The position numbers and the translations under genes were made by a program. From NCBI GenBank assembly GCA_037447605.1, contig CM074806.1, positions 4,588,001 to 4,652,000 on the forward strand: DNA of 64,000 nt, read 5' to 3'. The notes beneath the pieces were generated by a model. It was given only the letters and a program-made list of their open reading frames with translations, ran no database searches and was not told the origin of the DNA. Each line of letters begins with the position of its first letter. Within the stretch, counting starts at the first letter, position 1. Below, piece after piece: positions 60,705-64,000 of the stretch. Source of the stretch: Zygnema circumcarinatum SAG 698-1b. Lineage: Eukaryota > Plantae > Zygnematophyceae.

Positions 60705-63700
60705 ATGGATGCCCTCCCTGGATCGAGCATTAGAGGGAGCCTCCTCCATGGCCATGTCCGTGATAATGCGCATCAATATGGATACATCCATGGGCTCGGG
60801 GAAGGAGAGCACGGCGGAGAGGGACGGAGGAGTGGAGAGGGAGAGGGGGAGGGAGAGGGAGAGGGAAAGGGAGATGGAGAGGGAGAGGGAGGGGAAGCCA
60901 TGGCTCCGCGGGAGCTTACAGTGGACGAGATGCTGGAACAGGGGGTGGGAGAGATGGGAGCAGGGCAGATCCGCCTGTACAGTCTGATTACTCTGCCGTG
61001 GATCTCTGAGGCTCTGCAGGCGCTCTGTGCGTGTCTCCCACTCTCCCCCTCTGCTCCTCCTCTTCTTCTTCCTTGCTTTGTCCCTCCAGTACCTCACTTT
61101 GCATCCCTCCCATTCCCTGTCTCCCTCCTTCACAACCTCCCTTCTCTCGGTTTTTCGTCTCCCACACTTTGACTTCTCCTTCTTCACATCACTCCACAGT
61201 AATTCGTCCGCCTCCTTGGCATTGCAAGCCTCCATTGGCTTTTCAAGGGTTGGAACCCTAAATTGGTCATTGTCGCATCATCAGCCTGAGATTTTGAGCT
61301 CTTGACATGAAGGATGAAGTTTGCGAATTCTATGGTTAAATTGGATTCCGTTCAATAAAGCACACTGGGAAAAAGAGAGAGCTATTGTGCATGAACATCT
61401 GAAGCCACAAGGGCAGTGTTCTCACATGCTTCAAGTATGCATTCAGGGCATGAGAATTGGATGGCTTAATTTCTGAACAGAATGCGTTTCTTCAATACCA
61501 TGAGAAAACGAAGGAAAGAGTAGGCAAGAATGAATGCATCTTCTTAAAGTTCTCTTTCCATCACAATTAGGGAGGTATGGAATGCACATATCAAGTTGCA
61601 TCGTCACATATTCCTAAGCTGACTTTTTAGTGATAACAAAGTAGTACGCTTGCATCCTTCCAAACACAACACAAGTTTTAATGATATATGACTTTTTCAG
61701 AATACAATCATCCTAGTTTGACTGAGCTTTTTCCTCTCTGTTATTGTCAGTCATGGTGTTTGCTGAAAGAGATCCTCCTTGGCGGTGTAAGGCACTCCCT
61801 GGAGAGCTTCTATCGCTCCCAGTTCTGTGCACACCAACAGCCAATTTATGTTCGTTGAGACGCGAGCAGTGGGAGTGGGTCGACCCCCTGGTAAGGCTTA
61901 TAGATTCGATTTCTTGTATCACGAATGCATATTAATACGTATTGTGCTGCATTATACGACTTGGTTACATTATAATTATTGTATTAAGAGGTATATTGGT
62001 AACTTGAGTTTTCGGAAGTAATATACTTGACCAAAGAACTGATAGTTAAGTGAAAAATCTTTACTTGAAGCCTAAACAGGCCGGACAAAGGGAACGGTGA
62101 ATCTCATAAAGTTGATCACCTTTGGAGTAGAGGCTAAAGTATTCCTAGCACTAGCCAGTGTCTCTAGATGATGCCATTTGGGAGCTGCCTTCAAGTTTAA
62201 TGTAGATCACAATACCACTCAAAGTCACTAAGCTCATTTTGGTAATCTGACGATGTAAAAGCTGCCGTTGCTGCAGGAGTCGACCGTGTCAGAGTTTGGC
62301 CTCATCTGCGATGAAGCGTGGAAGGCGAGCTTGGTGTGAACTGTAGTGACTTTTCCCTTTTTCAGTTCGCTCTCCCAACCCGCTGCTTCTTTTCAGACTC
62401 CTTTCTCTCTGTTCTCTCTTCCCTTCCCTTACATTCCCTCCCTTCTCCTTTCCTCTGTCAAGTTCTCATATCGTGCGGCCCCTGGCTCTCGACTCTCGAC
62501 CTCTGCCCCCTTCGTCCGACCTCCTCCCTCTCGTCATTTTCTTCCTCTCCTATACTTTCCCTTCCCTCTGCTCCCATTTGCTTCCAGTCTCCCCCTCTCC
62601 ACCTTTGCCTTCCCTGTTTCATGTGCTGTTCTGAACCTTCCCTTTTGTCTTCCCCGGCTCCCCTATTTTTTCCCTTTTTCTCTCTCCTTCCTTTCTTCTC
62701 TCCCTTTCTTCTCTCTCGATGTCCTTGTCTTCAAAGTTTTTCATCATCGATTCATCATATGCCCTCCAAGTTTGTCTATGTGGTCGTCTACGCCGCACGC
62801 TTAGACGAGAAAATTCAGTTAAACTGAGTTGCAGTTGAGGAACTGACAGGGAAGAAATCTTTGCATTTGCAGGTCGGATCTCTGTTCTTTTTCGGGTTTC
62901 TGATTGGATCTGGAATTTTCGGAACCCTTTCTGACGGTGTTTTGGGGCGAAAGCGAGGTGAGAAGGAAAGCCCACGGGTTTAAAGTATGATATTGGACCT
63001 TTTTTTGTACCGTACACATTTACCTGAATGAGCAATGAAGGTTTCTTACATGAAATGAGGGATTTCCATGTTGTCCTGCTGCTTTCTTCTATGGAGTGTT
63101 CTTTTTAATAAAACTTCTCCCTCCCCTTTTTGTTTTTGGGTCGGTGTGAAATTGCAGCTCTTTTCTTATGTTGTGGAGTCCTGGCAGTAGGCAGCCTATG
63201 CTCCGGAATGGCACCTTTCTATTGGATGGTACAGTCTCCTCCTTGCAAGTATTGAAAAAAATAAACATTGAGACCTTCGTGTGACGATCACAGACTTCAC
63301 ACGTTCTTTCAGTAGACATTGTCTACCGTAGTTCTGAAATTTCGATCATATTTTTCATTTATTTTCCAAGCATTCCCTCCCCCCTGCTACAGTATGCACT
63401 TTCGCGATTCTTCGTTGGGGTGGGATGCGGCGGACTCGGCCTCGTCTCCTTTGTTCTTGGAAGCGAATTCATCGGCCCAAAGTTTCGGTCAGTTTCACTC
63501 TCCCTCGTGTTGATCTCCTTCACGATTGGTTCAGACAAATTAGTCCTTTATGCGCATGTACTGCTAAATCTTGTTAGTTAGTGTTAGTTTGTGTGAGTTA
63601 GTGTTAGTTAGTGTGAGTTAGTGTGAGTTAGTGTTAGTTAGTGTTAGTTAGTGTGAGTTAGTGTTAGTTAGTGTTAGTTAGTGTGAGTTAGTGTTAGTGC

Positions 63701-63909
63701 TAGTTAGGCTTACTGTTACTTAAGGGCACTGTTTTGAATCTGAACTCTACCCTGGTGTTGGGAGGAAGAAGCAGAGGCCATGCTGGGCTTCTACCCAACG
63801 TTTTCTTCGCTGTGGGAGTAATGTTCCTTTCAGCGATAGCAGCATTCACGCCGCACTGGAGGGTATTGGCTTTCATTATCACCTTTCCTTCGGCGCTTTT
63901 CTTACTCCT
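60705..63909 (+). CDS. Organic cation/carnitine transporter-type MFS protein (5' part; continues beyond the window)
   Basis: ELTVDEMLEQGVGEMGAGQ, VFAERDPPWRC, QWEWV, STVSEFGLICDEAWKASLVGSLFFFGFLIGSGIFGTLSDGVLGRKR, YALSRFFVGVG...SEFIGPKFRGHAG and HWRVL, over GT-AG exons. The start codon is uncertain (60705 or 60899). Confidence 0.88.
63571..63705. repeat. 10-bp minisatellite (GTGTKAGTTA) x about 13 in an intron of the MFS gene
   Basis: Interspersed gtgttagtta and gtgtgagtta units. Confidence 0.92.
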
Positions 63910-64000
63910 GTAAGTGCTCAGATGTCGAGGAGAGGTCCCTTATATTAGAATCACATGGCATGGCGTAAAACATGAAAGCACCAACAAAATGCAAGAACAT

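Noticed and set aside
62325-62345. Possible GC donor (AAG|GCGAGC) in the OCT-type gene
   Set aside because: A canonical GT donor nine bases later gives WKASL|VGSLFFFG, which fits the family spacing without a gap.

Overview
This is eukaryotic plant-lineage nuclear DNA. The gene set, compactness and repeat-filled introns suggest a streptophyte alga or early-diverging land plant, which is inference only. I reconstructed about 14 spliced protein-coding genes by hand from GT-AG boundaries and remembered family motifs; no database search was run. In order: a possible first exon at the left edge, a GDSL lipase, a plastid SAM-methyltransferase, HCF244, a GGCT-fold protein, RFC4, the Cu-ATPase HMA5, WBP11/ELF5, RGP1, an AIG2-like protein, an unnamed membrane-anchored GT-A/GT2-like glycosyltransferase, a GT14 glucuronosyltransferase, a conserved plant protein of unknown function, and an OCT-type MFS transporter cut by the right edge. 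Five gene pairs sit head-to-head. Most ORFs in the supplied track are artefacts of (CT)n/(GA)n and polypurine tracts. The most notable non-routine observations are: (1) RFC4 intron 1 consists of inverted telomere-like arrays around a canonical E2F site; (2) two long-TIR foldback elements, each with an exact 8-bp TSD, lie next to 11 GTAC copper-response cores upstream of HMA5; (3) an intronic duplication copies a splice acceptor and creates a poison site in the GGCT gene; (4) an orphan GT2-like gene is divergently paired with GT14; (5) a probable GC-AG intron and a 21-nt microexon. Three 10-N assembly gaps are present.
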